Position numbers and translations under genes: made by a program
NCBI GenBank assembly: GCA_016764435.1
Contig: JAESRX010000064.1
Location: forward strand, 25,818 to 89,817
DNA from: Flavobacteriaceae bacterium
GTDB lineage: Bacteria; Bacteroidota; Bacteroidia; Flavobacteriales; Flavobacteriaceae
Direction of reading: 5' to 3'
DNA: 64,000 nt
Shown: positions 37,020 to 47,900 of the stretch, in pieces
Position numbering within the stretch: the first letter of the stretch is position 1
How the letters are laid out: each line of letters begins with the position of its first letter
The notes under the pieces: model-generated
Databases searched by the model: none
Told to the model about the DNA's origin: nothing
What the model saw: the letters and a program-made list of their open reading frames with translations, nothing else

Positions 37020-39551
37020 TTATTTATTCAAATTGTATTGGATTCTTGCTATCAAATCACTGTAATGCGCACGAGTATCAGAATCCCCACTGCGTTTTCT
37101 TTTCTTAAATAGCTTTAATATGCGTTCCAATTCCGCTCTTTTACTAGAGCCAATATCTGAGACTCTAGGTAGGTAGGTGAAATGGATGTTTTTAAATTGA
37201 TGAGATTCACTCGTCAATTGATTTTCTCTTGTTTTCTTCAGAAGTGTGTTTCTATCAACCGTTAATACATCCACATAATTTTTTTGCGTCATACGCTCAA
37301 ACATTGTCAATGATTTACGGCGTATTGTTTTCTCAAAAATCACTTCAAACAACCTTTTAAATACATATTGCTCCGTAAAAGGTGTTGCTCCTTTTTCTAA
37401 TAACAATTGATTTTCTACCACTCGCATTAAACGATCGGTTTTTAATAAGGCATAAATAATATTGGTTTGATAAATACGTTGCATAGAAACGGGCGAATAA
37501 TAGCGATCCCCGTCCGGTGCATCTCTTACTGGAAATACTTTATGAATCAATGCTGGTGTAAACAACCAGGCTTGAGGTAAAATTGAATGCTGTATCAAAT
37601 ACTCCAAAGATTCTTCCTGGCGCTTGGTAGGAACAGCTTCAAAAGTGTTTTTCCCATCGCCATATACCGTATTATTAATATAGACACCTCCTATATTTGC
37701 CATGACGTGGTAGGTGTACAATTCCCATTGGTCTATCACAGCTTTGTATAATTTAGCCGCTTTATAATAGCCCTTTCCTTCTTCCTGAGTCCAATCAAGA
37801 ATATTAGGCATAATTCTTTTTAAATTTTTCAAGCCATATTCACTTGCCTTTACCGCATCATCCCCTAAATCTTCACTCTGAGAACGTGGGTCTATAACGG
37901 CCGCACTGCTCTGTTGTGGACCATAAAAATACAAGGGGTCATTTTCATGAGCGCGAATCCATTTATTTAATATTGGAAGTTCCGCTTGTGGGCTATCTAA
38001 TCCCAACCATCGGTAGCCCCAATGCATGGCATATTTATCATAGACTCCAATTTTAGGCGTAATATCTACTACATTATCCTCCGGTTGTGCTACATAATTA
38101 AAACGTGCATAATCCATGATAGACGGAGCCGTTCCTCCCATTTTTGAAGTAAACGATCTCGAGCGTAAAGAATCTACAGGAAAACTACAAGAAGCTCCCA
38201 TATTATGTTTCAAACCAAAAGTATGTCCAACCTCATGCGAAGACACAAAACGGATGGCTTCTCCCATGTGATCATCTGAAAATTTATTAGCTCTGGCTTT
38301 GGGATCAATCGGTCCTGTTTGAACACGAATCCAAGAATGCAGTCCTTTCATTAAATTATGCCACCATATAATATCTGATTCTAAAATCTCTCCACTTCTC
38401 GGGTCAATAATAGATGGCCCCATAGCATTTTGTTTTTCAGAAGCTGCATAAGTGATTACTGAGTATCTTACATCATCTGCATCAAAATCTACATCGTCTT
38501 TAGTAGGGAATTTTACTTCGATGGCATTTTTAAAACCAGCGGCTTCAAAAGCTACCGCCCAATCATACACTCCTTTTTCAATAAATGGACGCCATTGTGC
38601 CGGTGTCGCAGGATCTATATAATAAACAATCGGTTTTTTTGGAGTTACTAATTCTCCTTTCTTATATTTTTCTATGTCTGCCGCTTTTGGCTCTAATCTC
38701 CAACGCGTAATCAGTTCTCTTTTTTCTACTTCGTGTTGCGCATCATTGTAGTAGTCCATTGGTTTGGTAAAAAAACCAATTCTAAAATCGGAAAACCTCG
38801 CTTGCATTATGTCTTTAGGCAACAATACAATATTTGTAGTAACTCCTATAGACAAGGGTAATGCAGCACTTGCTCCTTCTTTTACGGAAGTGGTAATTAA
38901 GGATTTTATCACGATGTTTTCTGGAAACACTTTTATAGCCTCTATCTTGGATAATTTAGTTTTAATGCTCCCTCCTAAACCCGTATTTGAAAGTACATCA
39001 CTAAAGCTTTTCTCGGTACCATTAAATACTTTATCTACTTTTATAAAAACGGACGTACTATCCGAATTTTGAGCTTCAATTTTAAACCCTTCAATAATAG
39101 ACTCGCCAAAATTTTGACGAACCGATAAGGTAATTGCATCATTTTCTGGAGATGAAATACGAGGATTCAATGTTTTAACCCAAACTTTCTTTAATAAAGT
39201 ATCTTTATAAAACCGAATCAACTTCGTTTCATACGTCATTCCCTTATTCAGGCCATGACCATTTAAAGAATAGGGAACTTTGGATATTTTATTAACAATC
39301 AACATGTCCTTCCCTAGAAGGCTATCAGGAATTTCAAAATAAGTCGCACCTTTTAATCTATAGGTGTTAAATAGTCCTTTTTTAACCTTCCCCTTTTTTA
39401 GAAAATTCTCATAAGAAATAGCTTTCGTGTCTTTATCTTTTACAGAATCCTTCTCAGCATCCTTTTGAGCTATAATATCCAAGCTAAAAAAGAGTAGAAA
39501 AACAACGAATAGTTTGAAAATTAAAAAATTACGTGGGTAAATATCGTTCAT
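37020..39551 (-). CDS. Secreted zinc metalloprotease (zincin, DUF5117/DUF5118-type)
   Basis: HEVGHTFGLKHN zincin motif with a downstream SIMDY Met-turn. The ATG at 39551 gives a signal peptide (FKLFVVFLLFFSLDIIAQ); the track start 39575 is a TTG. Confidence 0.85.
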   Translation of the reverse strand: MNDIYPRNFLIFKLFVVFLLFFSLDIIAQKDAEKDSVKDKDTKAISYENFLKKGKVKKGLFNTYRLKGATYFEIPDSLLGKDMLIVNKISKVPYSLNGHGLNKGMTYETKLIRFYKDTLLKKVWVKTLNPRISSPENDAITLSVRQNFGESIIEGFKIEAQNSDSTSVFIKVDKVFNGTEKSFSDVLSNTGLGGSIKTKLSKIEAIKVFPENIVIKSLITTSVKEGASAALPLSIGVTTNIVLLPKDIMQARFSDFRIGFFTKPMDYYNDAQHEVEKRELITRWRLEPKAADIEKYKKGELVTPKKPIVYYIDPATPAQWRPFIEKGVYDWAVAFEAAGFKNAIEVKFPTKDDVDFDADDVRYSVITYAASEKQNAMGPSIIDPRSGEILESDIIWWHNLMKGLHSWIRVQTGPIDPKARANKFSDDHMGEAIRFVSSHEVGHTFGLKHNMGASCSFPVDSLRSRSFTSKMGGTAPSIMDYARFNYVAQPEDNVVDITPKIGVYDKYAMHWGYRWLGLDSPQAELPILNKWIRAHENDPLYFYGPQQSSAAVIDPRSQSEDLGDDAVKASEYGLKNLKRIMPNILDWTQEEGKGYYKAAKLYKAVIDQWELYTYHVMANIGGVYINNTVYGDGKNTFEAVPTKRQEESLEYLIQHSILPQAWLFTPALIHKVFPVRDAPDGDRYYSPVSMQRIYQTNIIYALLKTDRLMRVVENQLLLEKGATPFTEQYVFKRLFEVIFEKTIRRKSLTMFERMTQKNYVDVLTVDRNTLLKKTRENQLTSESHQFKNIHFTYLPRVSDIGSSKRAELERILKLFKKRKRSGDSDTRAHYSDLIARIQYNLNK

Positions 39552-39620
39552 GAAAAGAATCTTAAATTTTCTCAAAGATGCTTACAAAAGCAACATTATG
39601 AAAATAAAACGGAGTGAAGT

Positions 39621-41273
39621 CTAAAATTTAGGGAGTGAACTTTCCGTTATCGTCAATAAGGGTAAATAACATTTGAATTTACCTTCATTTATTTCTGTTT
39701 TAAATGCATTATTTTGATAAAATTCATAACTATGTTTTAAATAACTCAAGCCTAAATGATGACTATCGTGATCCTGAAGTTTTCTGGGCTTGTAATTATT
39801 GGTCACAATAATTTGATGTTCCTGAATTATTACATAAATAAACAGTGGCTTTCTTTTTGTAAATTCATTATGCTTAATTGCGTTTTCAACTAAAGTTTCC
39901 AAGGCCAAAAAAGGAATTTTTTTAGCTAATACTTTCATATTCGCATCATATTCTATCCGTATATGTAGGCTTTTTCCAAATCTAATTTCCTGTAAGAATA
40001 TATACTGTTTCAAAAAATCCAATTCTTGCTTTACAGAAATTAAAGTATCCTGTCTCACATCCAATAAATAACGGTACACCTCCGATAACTTCAACACAAA
40101 CTGTTGGGATAATTCCGTATCAATATCTATTAAAACATGCAATGAATTTAAGCTATTAAATAAAAAATGAGGATTCATTTTTTTCTTTAATTGACGTAAT
40201 TGTAAGACGGCATTTTCACGTTGATACGTCTCATTACTACTTCGTAACGTTTCTTTTTCACTGGCAATTTTCAAGTTTTGACTAAATTCCAAGCGCAATA
40301 AATACCTAGAAATAGCGATCATCGCTATAAAAACAATTAAGGCCAATAAGCTAATCCAAGAAAAATAGGTTTTAATGGTGTTTATGGATTCGTTCAAATA
40401 AATATCTACCGGAAAACTAACAATTAAAATCAAAGAAAAGCTCCCCGATTGCACCGTTTTATAATACCTTAAAACATCCAATTCTAAATAGGCTGAACGT
40501 GTTTCTATTTGTGAAAACCGATCTTCTATTTGCTCATAGGAAGAAGTAACTTTATCTGATTTCCTTAAAATACTATCGACTGATATGTCCTCAAAAAATC
40601 GAGTTAATTTAGCGCCTACAAACTCAACATCTGGATGTAACAAACAATAGCCCTCACTATTCGTCAGCACTAAATAACCGCCATCACCTCTGTAATTTTC
40701 CGTGAAGTAATTCCAGAATTTTCTCAAGTTAATATCGTAGCCTATTACAATTTTCCGACCATCCTTTACTATTTTAGTCAATGTAATTCTATTATAAACG
40801 CCTCCTTTATAATTCACTACCCTATTAAATACCTGAGGTTTACCCGAGAAATCTAACAAAGAAAACCGATTTTTAAGTACTGTTTTATCAAGTAAATCTG
40901 ATGCAATTACCTCGGTAAAAACAGTAGAATCATCTCCTAGTAAGCCAATAAAACTATTTGTTATATGGGGATTTGATAAAGATATTTCATAAGAAAACTT
41001 TAATTTACGCACAAGCTCTTGAAAAGTGCTATTTTCTTTGTTTTGTAGAATGATGCGCGCATCATTTTCCAATTGGTAAAGCTTATTAAACTCAAACTGA
41101 ACAATGTTTTGTTTCGCTTTTAAGTTTCCCGCTACGATATCTCTTACTAATTTTTCAGTAACAGACGTAATTTTAGGAGTAATCAAGGCATTTCCAACGA
41201 AAAAAAGACCAATTAAAATCAAACTAAAATAGAGATAGGTCTGGTGTTTTTGTATTTTAACTAAAAACTTCAT
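39621..41273 (-). CDS. LytS/YehU-type sensor histidine kinase with extracytoplasmic sensor domain
   Basis: Two TM segments flank a ~270-aa periplasmic domain. The C-terminal His_kinase region has MNPHFLFNSLNSL and LVENAIKHN motifs. Confidence 0.85.
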   Translation of the reverse strand: MKFLVKIQKHQTYLYFSLILIGLFFVGNALITPKITSVTEKLVRDIVAGNLKAKQNIVQFEFNKLYQLENDARIILQNKENSTFQELVRKLKFSYEISLSNPHITNSFIGLLGDDSTVFTEVIASDLLDKTVLKNRFSLLDFSGKPQVFNRVVNYKGGVYNRITLTKIVKDGRKIVIGYDINLRKFWNYFTENYRGDGGYLVLTNSEGYCLLHPDVEFVGAKLTRFFEDISVDSILRKSDKVTSSYEQIEDRFSQIETRSAYLELDVLRYYKTVQSGSFSLILIVSFPVDIYLNESINTIKTYFSWISLLALIVFIAMIAISRYLLRLEFSQNLKIASEKETLRSSNETYQRENAVLQLRQLKKKMNPHFLFNSLNSLHVLIDIDTELSQQFVLKLSEVYRYLLDVRQDTLISVKQELDFLKQYIFLQEIRFGKSLHIRIEYDANMKVLAKKIPFLALETLVENAIKHNEFTKRKPLFIYVIIQEHQIIVTNNYKPRKLQDHDSHHLGLSYLKHSYEFYQNNAFKTEINEGKFKCYLPLLTITESSLPKF

Positions 41274-41311
41274 AATTTCAATCTACATCAAATTAACAGC
41301 AGAGAAAGCTG

Positions 41312-42091
41312 TTAATTATTCAACCATTTTTTAAATTCACTATTATTTTTAGAACTCACTAAAATAAGGGCCTCATTTAAGGCGGTTTCATGAAGCTCTA
41401 TTTTGATTCTATTCTTAGAATACATCACAATACTTTTTATCGCATCATGACGTACAATAAATTTCCTGTTAATTTTAAAAAAGTGTTTTTTAGATAATTT
41501 ATCCGTTAAATTTAAAATTGTATCATCGTATAAATAACTATCACCGGTATTCGTATACAAAAATAAATACTTATCCTGAGCCATAAAACAAGTCACTTCA
41601 CGACTATTTACAGAAATTAATTGCTTGCCCCGAGACACTAAAAAACGTTCTTTATAAACAAGGCCCTCCTTTATCAGGTCCTGTGGCAAACCTTCAGAAA
41701 CCGTATTTATCTCCGTGGATTCCATCGGAGGCTTTGTATCCAAAAACTTCTGAATTGCAAGAGTTAACTTTTCTTTATTATAAGGTTTCAACAAGTAATC
41801 GACGGTAAAAAAACGAAAAGATTCGATAGCGTATTGATCAAAAGCTGTGGTAAAAATAATAGGAATCTTGATATTTAAAGCATCAAAAATCTCCAAACTT
41901 TCACCATCTCCCAAGTGAATGTCACTAAAAATTAAATCGCAGGTATTATTTTTAAACCATGCTAAAGATTCTTCAACACTCTCTAATCTTGCCTTAATTT
42001 TAATTTCAAAATCACTCTTTAATAATAAGTTCTCTAAGGATACCGCTGCTAAATCTTCATCTTCTATTATAACCACCTCCATATTCACCAT
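41312..42091 (-). CDS. LytR/AlgR (LytTR) family response regulator
   Basis: Receiver domain (VVIIEDEDL, DLIFSDIHL, LLKPY) plus a C-terminal LytTR DNA-binding domain. The alternative ATG at 42082 is equally plausible. Confidence 0.9.
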   Translation of the reverse strand: MVNMEVVIIEDEDLAAVSLENLLLKSDFEIKIKARLESVEESLAWFKNNTCDLIFSDIHLGDGESLEIFDALNIKIPIIFTTAFDQYAIESFRFFTVDYLLKPYNKEKLTLAIQKFLDTKPPMESTEINTVSEGLPQDLIKEGLVYKERFLVSRGKQLISVNSREVTCFMAQDKYLFLYTNTGDSYLYDDTILNLTDKLSKKHFFKINRKFIVRHDAIKSIVMYSKNRIKIELHETALNEALILVSSKNNSEFKKWLNN

Positions 42092-42196
42092 TTAGATCAA
42101 GTAACCTGCACGTTACTGTTAAAAAGATGTAAATTTACTATAAAATGTTTACTAACAGCGTCTATGCAGGTAAGAAAGAAAAACCAACACCTATAT

Positions 42197-44494
42197 TTAA
42201 CGTTTAGGGCTTGTTAAATTTGTCATAATCTGATGGTAATTCGAATTATTAGGAGCTATTCTCAACAGTATTTTACAGGTTATTACTGCGTCTTGATTCT
42301 TCTTTAATTTCAATTGTGCTACTAATTTTAAATACAATAATCGTTCGTCAGTTGGCGCTCCCTCTAAGCCTCTTTCTATATTTTCTAAAGAAGCCTTATA
42401 CTGCCCTATCTCTTGCAGTTTAATCGCGTAATTATAAATGGCTCTCCTATTTAAAGGCCGTGTCACACTTGCTTTTTCTAAATATTTCAAGGCTTTTTCT
42501 CCATGGCCCATTTCATTGTATAGCAATCCTAGCATATAATATGAATCCCCAAAATTAGGCTCTTGATCCACCACTTTTAAATACAATTTCTCACTTTCCT
42601 CTACCTGTCCTTCTTGGTATAACAACAAGGCTAAATTCATGCGAGATTTATTAAATCGATCGTCTATTTCTAAAGCCCTACGATATGCTTTCACGGCTAA
42701 ATCTATCGCTCCTTGTTGCTGTTGATACACCGCTACTTGATGCATTCCTGAAGCAAAATCCGAATTCATCGCGAAGTACTCTTCCAGTTCCTGTGTCACT
42801 GTGTTACCCTCTGAAAGTGTGGCTAAAGAGACTCCTGAAGCATGGAGATAACGTGCGGCAAAAACACGAACACTACGGATAGAATCTGATAACATCGCCG
42901 TGATTTGAGGCGTGAATTCCTTGGTTGCAATACGTTCCAAAGCATTGACCGCTTCTACACGAACCATGACAGCCGTATCGTTTAAAAACCCTGCTATTTC
43001 TTGTACATCTTCATAGGAAGACACTACATTCCCAAACTGTTTTAGCGCAGTAGCCCTTGCTATTTCTGGATATGTTTTATTTGAAAACAATATTTTAAAT
43101 TCCTTTTTATCCTCAAAATATCCTTTTAATAAATGATCCGAAAAATGATCTTTACGTTCTGAACCATATTTCTCTATGACAAAATCACTGGCCCATTTAT
43201 CCGTTTTATCGGTATGGCAACCTGTACATGCATTTGGAGTATTGTACTTTTCTGACTGATCTGGTCTTGGAATTCTAAAACTATGATCCCGTCTAAAATC
43301 GTTCCCCATATATATTACACCCGTCATGTGACAGTTGATACATTGAGAAGCTTCCGTATTTTCTTTATGGAAATGATGTTCAGGAGTATTGTAATTCGGC
43401 GTGTGACAAGACATACATAAATCGTTTCCTTCTTTTTTTAATTTTAATGAATGCACATCATGGCAGTCTCTACAAGAAATACCCAATCCATACATTTTAC
43501 TTTGCACAAAAGAACCATATACATAATCCTCTTCCTTTATCTGACCGTCCAATTCATAAGCCGGTGCTTCTAATAAACTTGGGTAATAATGATCTAAGAA
43601 CCCTCCTTTATAATCATAATAATTAGCGATCTGACTACGTCTGGAATGACAACGAGCACAGTGGTCTACTACTTTTTTACCGATATTCCCTGTAGGCATG
43701 TGAATTTGTGGAGGAATCCCTGTTGGATTTTCTTTCTCATAATAAGCATTGTGTGCACTCCCTGGCCCATGACAGGCTTCACAACTGACATTAATCTCAT
43801 CAAAAGTGGTGGTGAACTCCTGCGTTTCTGTATTGTAATTCTTATGTAAATTGGTAGAATGACAATCGGCACACATCGTATTCCAACGCTGACTCCCTCC
43901 TGACCAATTGATCCATTCATCATGTATAATATCTAACTGGGGTTGTAAATGAAACCATTTCTTCTCCACAGTATCCCAAGCGGTTAATAAACAATTGTAT
44001 TCTCCATTCGGAAACGCTACAATATATTGTTGCAATGGAGTAAAACCAAAGGTATAGACTATTTTATAATCTGTATACAATCCATCCTCTCCTTGGGTGT
44101 TCACATAAAAATCCCCCTCCTTTTTAAAAAAAGTACTGCTTACATTATTATGACGAAAGGTAGCATCATTAAAATCACCCAACACCGATAAGGAATCCGC
44201 TATTTTCATAGATTGATCATGATGTGAATCCTTCCAACTGGCAAATTCTTCTTCGTGACAAGACTTACAGCTTTCGCCTCCTACAAAACTAGCATCGCTC
44301 GTATGTTGTTTTTTAAGATCACTATACTCATTTTTTTTCTCAGATTTACAACTACAAACCAACACTATAAAAAATAAATAACTAAAAAATGCAAGTACTG
44401 AAAACCCGCTATTATTTTTCAAAGGAGCCTTTATAAACAGTCCTGTTTTTTGCAATATCAAGGCGAAAAACTTTCGGATATCTCGTGGTATCAT
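42197..44494 (-). CDS. Octaheme c-type cytochrome fused to HEAT-like and TPR repeats (lipoprotein)
   Basis: Eight CxxCH motifs (CKSCH, CADCH, CEACH, CARCH, CRDCH, CMSCH, CINCH, CTGCH), then HEAT-like VRVEAVNALERI/VRVFAARYL and at least 5 TPR units. The ATG at 44494 gives a lipobox (FIVLVCSC). The track start 44614 is an alternative. Confidence 0.85.
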   Translation of the reverse strand: MIPRDIRKFFALILQKTGLFIKAPLKNNSGFSVLAFFSYLFFIVLVCSCKSEKKNEYSDLKKQHTSDASFVGGESCKSCHEEEFASWKDSHHDQSMKIADSLSVLGDFNDATFRHNNVSSTFFKKEGDFYVNTQGEDGLYTDYKIVYTFGFTPLQQYIVAFPNGEYNCLLTAWDTVEKKWFHLQPQLDIIHDEWINWSGGSQRWNTMCADCHSTNLHKNYNTETQEFTTTFDEINVSCEACHGPGSAHNAYYEKENPTGIPPQIHMPTGNIGKKVVDHCARCHSRRSQIANYYDYKGGFLDHYYPSLLEAPAYELDGQIKEEDYVYGSFVQSKMYGLGISCRDCHDVHSLKLKKEGNDLCMSCHTPNYNTPEHHFHKENTEASQCINCHMTGVIYMGNDFRRDHSFRIPRPDQSEKYNTPNACTGCHTDKTDKWASDFVIEKYGSERKDHFSDHLLKGYFEDKKEFKILFSNKTYPEIARATALKQFGNVVSSYEDVQEIAGFLNDTAVMVRVEAVNALERIATKEFTPQITAMLSDSIRSVRVFAARYLHASGVSLATLSEGNTVTQELEEYFAMNSDFASGMHQVAVYQQQQGAIDLAVKAYRRALEIDDRFNKSRMNLALLLYQEGQVEESEKLYLKVVDQEPNFGDSYYMLGLLYNEMGHGEKALKYLEKASVTRPLNRRAIYNYAIKLQEIGQYKASLENIERGLEGAPTDERLLYLKLVAQLKLKKNQDAVITCKILLRIAPNNSNYHQIMTNLTSPKR

Positions 44495-44751
44495 GCTGGT
44501 ATTTAAGGAAAAATTAAGAATACAAAAGCGATGTTTAACTTGTTTGAAGAAGGTATTTACATCCGTTAATTTGAATTGATTTTGGCAGACAGCGGGGACC
44601 TTAAAGTTTCTCATGAATTTCTAGTGGGATAAGTGATCTAATACATTGCTCAAAAGCCAAGCAACACGCTACAAAAATAAGTCATCTTAACTAAAAAAGC
44701 TGTACTTATCAGGCCTAATATTTCGGATTCTTAGATTGATTATCCAGTACT

Positions 44752-44794
44752 AAAAAAGAAACGGAATCCAGGAAGTATATTTCCTGAATTCCGT
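44752..44794 (-). terminator. Rho-independent terminator after the fused acyl-CoA synthetase gene
   Basis: On the minus strand, a 14-bp stem acggaattcaggaa / ttcctggattccgt (one mismatch) with a 6-nt loop is followed by a T-rich run (ttcttttttag). Confidence 0.65.
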
Positions 44795-44902
44795 GCTGGG
44801 AATTTGCCTGGTGTCTTGAAATTAATAAAACTGCTGTACCGTTGGGACGATCCAACAGCTGTATTGGAACCTTGAAAAACTTCGGTGTATTTCCCTACAG
44901 TT

Positions 44903-47900
44903 CTACAAGGCTCCTTCTATAATTTCCGCAACCACTTCTGGATTTAACAGGGTGGAAATATCTCCTAAATTACTCCTATCGTTACTGGCAATTTTACGCA
45001 AAATACGGCGCATAATTTTTCCTGATCTTGTTTTTGGCAATCCTGAAACAAATTGAATTCTATCCAGTTTTGCAATAGGTCCCACAGTACGCGAAATCAA
45101 ATCGTTGATTTCCTTCCGTAAGAAATCTTCATTTTCCGGAACTTCGTAGACAATGACATAGGCGTACAATGCATTTCCTTTGATATCATGGGGATATCCT
45201 ACAATGGCGGATTCCACAATATTACTGTGTTCATTGATTACATTTTCTATAGGTGCTGTTCCTAAATTATGTCCAGAAACAATAATTACATCATCTACTC
45301 GACCCGTAATTCTATAATTCCCTTCTAAATCCCTAAAGGCGCCATCTCCCGTAAAATACATCCCTGGAAAAGCGGTAAAATAGGTTTCTTTATAGCGTGC
45401 GTGATTGTTATAAATAGTTCTCGCAATAGAAGGCCAAGGAAATTTAATACACAAACGTCCATCCGATGGATTTGGCATTAATTCCGTTCCTTTTGTATCC
45501 ACTAATACCGGTTGAATACCTGGTAATGGACGTGTCGCAAATGTCGGTTTTGTAGGTGTTACATTCGCCAATGGCGAAATCATAATCCCTCCCGTTTCTG
45601 TTTGCCACCAAGTATCCACAATTGGAGATTTTTGTTTTCCTATTTTTTCATCATACCAGTGCCACGCTTCTTCATTAATGGGTTCTCCTACGGTCCCTAA
45701 TACTTTAATAGAACTAATATCATGCTTATCAATGAAACTAGTTGGATGTGCGGCCAAGGCTCTAATTGCCGTAGGCGCTGTATAAAACTGTGTTACTTTA
45801 TGCTTTGCAACAATGGCCCAAAAACGACCAAAATCAGGATAGCTAGGTATTCCTTCAAACATTAAGGTAGTCGCTCCGGCTCCTAATGGTCCATACACAA
45901 TATATGAATGTCCCGTAATCCATCCTATATCTGCGGTACAAAAATACACATCATTTTCCTCGTACTGAAACACGGTTTTAAAACTATAGGCCGTATACAC
46001 CATATAACCAGCACAGGTGTGTACCATTCCTTTAGGTTTCCCCGTAGAGCCCGAAGTATATAAAATAAACAACAGGTCTTCTGCATCCATAATTTCTGCA
46101 GGACATACATCAGACACGCCTTCTAATTCGTCATGCCACCAAACATCACGTCCTTCTTTCATCGTCACGGCCGCATTAATTCTGTTGTACACAATAGACG
46201 TTTCTACCGTCGGACACGTTTCCAACGCTTCGTCTACAATTACTTTTAAATCAATTGATTTTGCACCACGATACGCACCATCAGAGGTCAATACTATTTT
46301 ACAGGCCGCATCCTTAATTCTTGTAGACAATGCCAAGGAAGAAAAACCTGCAAATACCACAGAGTGAACGGCACCAATTCTAGCACAGGCTAAGGTAGCG
46401 ATCGCTAATTCTGGAATCATAGGCATGTAGATACACACACGGTCTCCTTTTTTAACCCCTCTATTTTTTAAGACATTGGCAAATTTACAAACGGCTGCAT
46501 GTAATTGTTTATAGGTAAATTCACGTACGGCTTCGTCTGGATTGTTAGGCTCCCAGATAATCGCACGCTTGTTAGGTCTTGTTAATAAATGGCGGTCCAA
46601 ACAATTTTCTGTAATATTTAATTTGGCACCTTTAAACCATTCAAATTTAGGCTCATCCCAATTGTATTCCAGTACTTTGTCCCATTTCTTATGCCAATAA
46701 AAAGTGTCCGCAATTTCTCCCCAGAACCCTTCAGGATCATTGATACTGTGTTGGTATTTCTTATAATATTTGATATAAGAATCTATCTGATGATCATCCA
46801 AGGTCTCTTGTTCTTCAATGATAGCATCGGAAAACACCCCTATTTTATGCAATTTAAATACGTGGATTATTTCGTCTACTACCGCTGGATCATCTATGGT
46901 AGAAGGAATGGTATAGGCCACCCCGTCCGCAATGTTTCTCAATAATTTTCTAAGGATTTTCCCAGACCTCGTTTTAGGCAAGCGTTTGACCATCAATACT
47001 TTTTTCAAAGAGGCAACGGGACCTATTTCTTTCCGGATCATCTGAACAATATTGTGTTCCAGTTCAAAGGAAGAAATATAATCTCCTGATTTCAATACAC
47101 TCAAGGCCAGAGGAACTTGTCCTTTTAAAGCATCTTGAATTCCAAAAACAGCACATTCTGCCACGGAAGGATGTGAAGACACTATTTCTTCCATTTCTGC
47201 CGTAGACAATCTATGTCCTGCTACATTGATCACATCATCTACACGTCCTGTAATAAACACATAGCCATCGGCATCTTTATAACCGCCATCACCTGAAAGG
47301 TAATAGCCGTCAAATCGTTTTAAATAACCATTGACAAAGCGTGCTGTATCTCCCCAAATATCTAACATATTCCCTGGAGGTAAGGGTAATTTCACCACGA
47401 CCAATCCTTCTTGATTCGGCCCAACTTCAGTTCCTTGTTCATCTAAAATTTGCACATTATATCCGGGAACCGCTTTGGCTGCAGATCCTGGTTTAATCGG
47501 CAGTAATTCCATTCCAGCCATATTGGATAACATGGGCCATCCAGACTCCGTTTGCCACCAATGATCAATAACAGGAACGCCCAAATGTTCTTGGGTCCAC
47601 TCCAATGTTGCAGTATCACAGCGTTCACCCGCTAAAAACTGAAATTTCAAACTCGACAGGTCAAATTTCTTTATAAATTCTCCATTTGGATCCTCCTTTT
47701 TTATTGCCCTAATTGCTGTAGGAGCGGTAAACATTACATTTACTTTATGTTCACTGATCACACGCCAAAAAGTACTGGCATCTGGTGTTCTCACCGGTTT
47801 TCCTTCAAAAATAATAGTGGTATTCCTATTCAATAGTGGTCCGTAGACGATATAACTATGTCCGACCACCCATCCAACATCAGAAGCGCCCCAAAAAACA

